Assembly: GCA_030704615.1 (NCBI GenBank)
Contig: CM060731.1
Location: 56,606,001 to 56,670,000, forward strand
Length of the DNA: 64,000 bases
Source of the DNA: Takakia lepidozioides
Taxonomy: Eukaryota; Plantae; Bryophyta
Direction: 5' to 3'
The translations under genes and the position numbers were made by a program. Within the stretch, counting starts at the first letter, position 1; every line of letters starts with the position of its first letter. The notes below the pieces were generated by a model that was not told the DNA's origin, searched no databases, and saw nothing but the letters and a program-made list of their open reading frames with translations. Positions 59,395-64,000 of the stretch are shown here, in pieces.

Positions 59395-62300
59395 TACACT
59401 TAGCAAATTAGCTCAGCTAGCTTCAAACCAGATCGACTCACCCCTACGAAGATAATCAAAAATCCCAAAGCCTAAAACCTACGAGACCTCAAAGCGGAAA
59501 ATGGCGCTACGCAAGCTCAAGAATTGCCCAACACCAGAAACCCAGTCCGCAACCTCGTCACAAGTCACAACCCACCTCAACGTCGAATTTCGAATCCACC
59601 GACACCAAATATGTTAATAGTACAAACAATTGACTACTAGTTAGTGACAGTGATATAGAGTAACTACATAAACACCGCTAAGGCAGATCTAGCAAACGGA
59701 CAGTCAGTGACACTGAATTGCGTGTCTTCTTGTAATTATATGAAATAAAAGAACAAATGTTATTAATTTCAAGTTAGCATTAGAAGGAATGAATTTTAGT
59801 GAGAAAAAACATATGTATGTTTGGATGAATGATTTCGCATGCTGAATGGTTCCACGACTGTAGTCCATGTACAACGGTTGAAATTTTGTAAGTCCTCTCC
59901 CCTGTGTTCAAACCCTAATTTGATGACACTGCCAATCAAGGCAGGACAAGTCCTGCAGCTTCAGCTATGACTCAACATTGTCTAGCAATCCCATGAAGGC
60001 CTGCCAACATGAAGGTTGTGTTGGTCGTTGAAGTTTATTGTGATACTCCAGTAGGTACTTGAGCAGTTGATGTGTGCGATCAAATGATGTGTGTCGTTGA
60101 AGTTGAGTGTGATCAAAGCAGAGTTGTTGTTGTTTCTTAATGTTTTGGGCCAGCGTCTCTTTGCAGAAAAGTCGATTTGATTCGATCATCTATAACACTT
60201 CCTTTCAATGTGTCACATCGAAAAGCAGATTTCAAACTGGTTTTGGTCATAGCATATGCTGTGCGTTTCGCAGGTTTGACAGTCCGGCAGGTCTCGGCAG
60301 AGTGACGGATGGCGCGGCCGTGGTACCTAAGATGAAAGACGTCAACATTCTTGTTGATGATGCTGTGGATGAAGGTAAGGGTGCTGTAAAATACTTTTTC
60401 CATAAGCTGGCGGCAATGCCCTCTCAGAGAATGAGACGGCTGCGAGGGTACAGGTGTTTCCATTCGCGTGCTGGAATGTGTAAGCTTTCCTGGTGGTGTT
60501 GTTTTCGTCCCTGAGCATGCATTGGCTCACTACCCGTGGGACGTCAGCTCATGGTAACAATGTTCTTGAAGTGCTTCATGGCGACGATGGATTCTTTCAT
60601 AGTCAGGGTAGAAGCTTCTTGGGGGATTTTCCAATCTGGAGCGTTGAAGGCCTGGCCTGCATGGCTGCGCCATTTACATGCAAGCAGTAAATGAATTTCT
60701 TTGGGTATTTTCCAGTGAGTTAAGACCTCAATTATTTTTCTTTAGCTTAAGAGCTTCAAAATAACAGCCCTGAAGCATTGTAGAGAATTAGCATTCCAAA
60801 GGTCATTAATGGAGCTTATCCTGCATGTGACTAAGGAACCATGAAGGAAGCTGTTATGCTTGCACATCTAAGTGCTGTCATCTGCAAATGCTGGGGATCA
60901 GCTTTGTGCAAAATAGTGATCTGGCTCTGTATTGATGAATCATACCCTGCATGTCCTAGTGTTGTGATGTAGAGGTAGAGCCACCTATCGTGGCTTGAAA
61001 GCATTAGTATAATGACAAGAAGTTTCATGGATTAATCTTGTGAAGCTGATTAGGGTATCGGTGAAATATCTTCACCTGACGCATGTTTGTTAAAGGCAAC
61101 TTTTCCAATACAGTCCAGTTAGAACATATGGGTTGAAATCAGGGTTTCAATTGTCGTATGAAGTGCGGCCTGTTTATATTATGTTGCTAATCTAGACTCT
61201 GATTGCTGCTCACGACCCCGGACTCCACTGATAGTGTGGTCCAAACTCTTTCCAAAAATTGGTGCACCACAACAGCTGTTTCTAACCTACTGACTGAGAC
61301 TCTGACTGACTTTTGTCTTTTTAACGTTGGCAGGTTTGTCAGTCCTTCCATGTGCCTTACTGTTGTTGTAGTCTCCTGTCTGTGTATTTCTTTTAGATAT
61401 GGATGGGGTGGAGACCATTGGTATTGTTCAGCAACAAAGTCATGAAGAGGCCTACAAAGCTCCAAAGGAAACGCCAGGGACCTTTGATGATAAGTATGCC
61501 CTTGAACATCCATTTTGGGACTTGCGGCTTTCAGTTTACTTGTGGTGCATGTTGTTGCTGAGATAACAGAATCGATTCTTATCCAACTGTGTTATTCAAT
61601 GCTGGACTCCTAACATGGCACGTCCTGTGAAACATTACTAGGTTCTCATTTGTGTTTGGTATTGTTCTTGCACTGTTTTACAGGTTTAACGAGGACATGA
61701 CAGGCACACAAACAAACCTCACACAGTATGATTATGCTGTAAATGATGAGGTAAATTCAGGGGCTATTTCTAGTGCAGCTTGATGATGCAAATTGAGGAA
61801 GAGTGAAAGCAGGATATGGGTATGGACTCTTACCAGCGGTAGTGGAGTGCAGGTATGCTGCAGGAAGGCATTCAAACATACAACAGTAAGATGCAGCTTC
61901 TAGATCTTTCTTCTTAAAAAAAAGTGGATGTTTTTTGCTATGCTGAGCAGCCTTGAATAGTGGGGATGTTATCAGATCGAGGAGCTCGAAGAGCAAGTGA
62001 AGCACAAGGAATGGGAAGTCTCACATTGGAGACGTCTCATCCAAAACAGTGACAGGTATTTTATGGGTCCTTATTTACTGGCCTCTGGGATGGTTTGAGA
62101 CCGATTGGAAAGCCCATGCAGCCCTGGATGTATGCAGATGTCAGGAGCTGGAAAGGGAGCTGGAAACATGGATTGGTGATGAAGTCATCAGCATTGGCTA
62201 TTGCTTGTTGGAAGTGCACTTCACCACACATGTGCCCACACTGCTGCAGCCGGTTTCCATGCACAGGCTCCAACTTACCTTTGATTCCGCTACACTTGCC

Positions 62301-64000
62301 TTCCAAGAAGCTCAGGTTTCACTCAACACTTCTGGCCATAGCCCATGTCACTAATTATTCCATATTCCACGGATGAATGATGAATATTATTATTATCCAT
62401 AGTCCGTTTCCTTCCATAATGAGACTAGTCCATAGTAATGTTCATTAATAGCAACAGATGCAGGGTGTATGCAATTTCAGTATTTTAGAGCGACTACATG
62501 TAGGAGCACTGTCTCTGTCTCATGCCAACTAATTATGGACCATAGGAAGCAAATTTGAAGTCTTGACCATGTACTGTGGGATGATGCAGCTCAATCCAGA
62601 AGATGTACCAATAGAGGACATTGTGTCTGAAGCCACGCTAAAATTCAGTTCTGTACCTCGCATATCAAATGGACGAGAAAAATTTGTCAAGCAACTTTTA
62701 TTCATGGTGGCTCAAGTGCAGCATCGCCTGAGAGCCCATTTGCTCAAGATGGTCTATATTGGCCCTCTTGAATAATGTGATACTTTGTATGCATTCAGGG
62801 GGGAGATATACCAATCTGAAGGATGTGCGCTTCACATTTGTTATAGCAGCTCACGGAATGTCCAATATTGTGACAGTTGCATTAGTGGCACAAACAATGT
62901 CCTTCATGCATGTCGTGCCTTTCACCAGTAATACAAGAACAACAACATCTTGGAATCATCCCACTCCACTTGGTAGATGCTGACTCTCCACGCTTTGCAT
63001 GTATCTCATTGACACCAAGATTTACTTTGTGTAAGTTGGAGGACTTCTGGTCTGAATTGCATGTGTTGGCTTCCGGGCTGCATGGCCAATCAGCATGTTC
63101 CAGTTATGCTAGAAATATTGAGATTTCGAAGATGTTGCAATCCTTTCTGCAGAGTGAGGTCTGAATCTCGGGTCATGAGGCCCACTGCCCGTGGCAGTGT
63201 GACCCACCCATTACGCGGGCACCAGGCCGGAGGATACTTACCTTACTCCTCTCAGAAACGTGCCTGGACCTCTCACCTCAACACCCATCCAACAGTCATT
63301 ACATAGAATGGAGGCAAGACCCCCACATTACTTGCATAAACACTCTCCCTGTATGTCAAGACGTCAAGACCTTCTGCCCCCCCTTTAGACCACCGCACTG
63401 TCCCAAGTTGGAGGGGAAGCGTCACATCATGCAGCAGATTAACGAGCCAGGCTGTAGAGCTGAAGTGGGTATCCAGCTAGGCAGTCCCCGGTCTGGTACC
63501 CTTGCGAGTACTGGCTACGATGTCTTCCCAGTCTCGGGGAAATCGAAGCAAGGTACGGACAGGTAATTTTTGTGCGCAATTGGTCTTTGATCTGTTTGAG
63601 ACGGTGCAATCCAGGTCCGATATTGTGCTTGACAAATCCTAGGTGTCCTCTTGGTCGAAAAATGTCGATTTATGGGGATACAGTGTACTTAGCATTCTCG
63701 CCCTCCTTCCATCAACTGCTTTAGTACCTACTGGAATGTCTTGGAATGTCTGAATTCATCGTCTTTCCATTGACTGCAAGAGAGAGATGCAGAGGGCTGA
63801 CCCTATTTTGGGAAAATTTCCACCAGCCTGTAATCACGTTTAGAGTATGATAAGACTTCCGCATAGGCAAGTCCCACTGCAAAGTCCAAAAGATGCAATT
63901 TAGTCCTTAGTGTGGAGGGACGCTGACCACGATTGCATCACACGTCAATGCGGTCCCTTTGGAGCAATGCAGAGCAATAGTCGTCAATGACGCTGTGGGG

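Noticed and set aside
60137-62775. Short ORFs 60137-60514, 62049-62354, 62563-62775
   Set aside because: No recognisable motifs; may be decayed TE or gene fragments but cannot be assigned.
63500-63900. Possible third C5-MTase relic on the minus strand (LHLLDF..., LQAG, TLLRFP)
   Set aside because: Only scattered short matches needing frameshifts; no PC or ENV motif found.

Overview
Eukaryotic, plant-type DNA made almost entirely of nested transposable elements. Spliceosomal introns and host LRR-RLK/ABC1K exon relics support a plant; the TE proteins look bryophyte-like, but that is inference. 1-23082 (-): a large Ty3/gypsy element with an extra ORF upstream of gag and an extra ORF downstream of pol, inserted into a hAT relic. 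It is split at 10704-21943 by an 11.2-kb Mutator-like DNA transposon without true TIRs (9-10-bp TSD). That transposon encodes a GCM/WRKY-DDE-SWIM transposase and, divergently, an intron-containing ParB-like + beta-class N4C/N6A DNA-methyltransferase-like gene whose first intron holds a 116-bp-period array of ~36-44-bp palindromes. ~27.1-48.6 kb: a DUF659-type hAT transposase, a RING-finger gene and two arrays of GCGACCGCC-n-GGCGGTCGC palindromes. This unit is interrupted at 35503-47040 by a second Ty3/gypsy element carrying a DNMT3-like C5 cytosine methyltransferase between protease and RT and a PHD finger after integrase. It also has a self-complementary (Tf1-like) primer-binding site and circularly permuted LTRs (A...B-A-B), which look like integration of a 2-LTR circle opened at an internal GACAGCTGTC palindrome. 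49.5-52.3 kb: truncated gypsy. The remainder is decayed intergenic DNA with a Tc1/mariner-type non-autonomous element and isolated exon relics. Most ORFs carry stops or frameshifts (decay and/or sequencing error). All calls are by-eye motif recognition; no searches were run.
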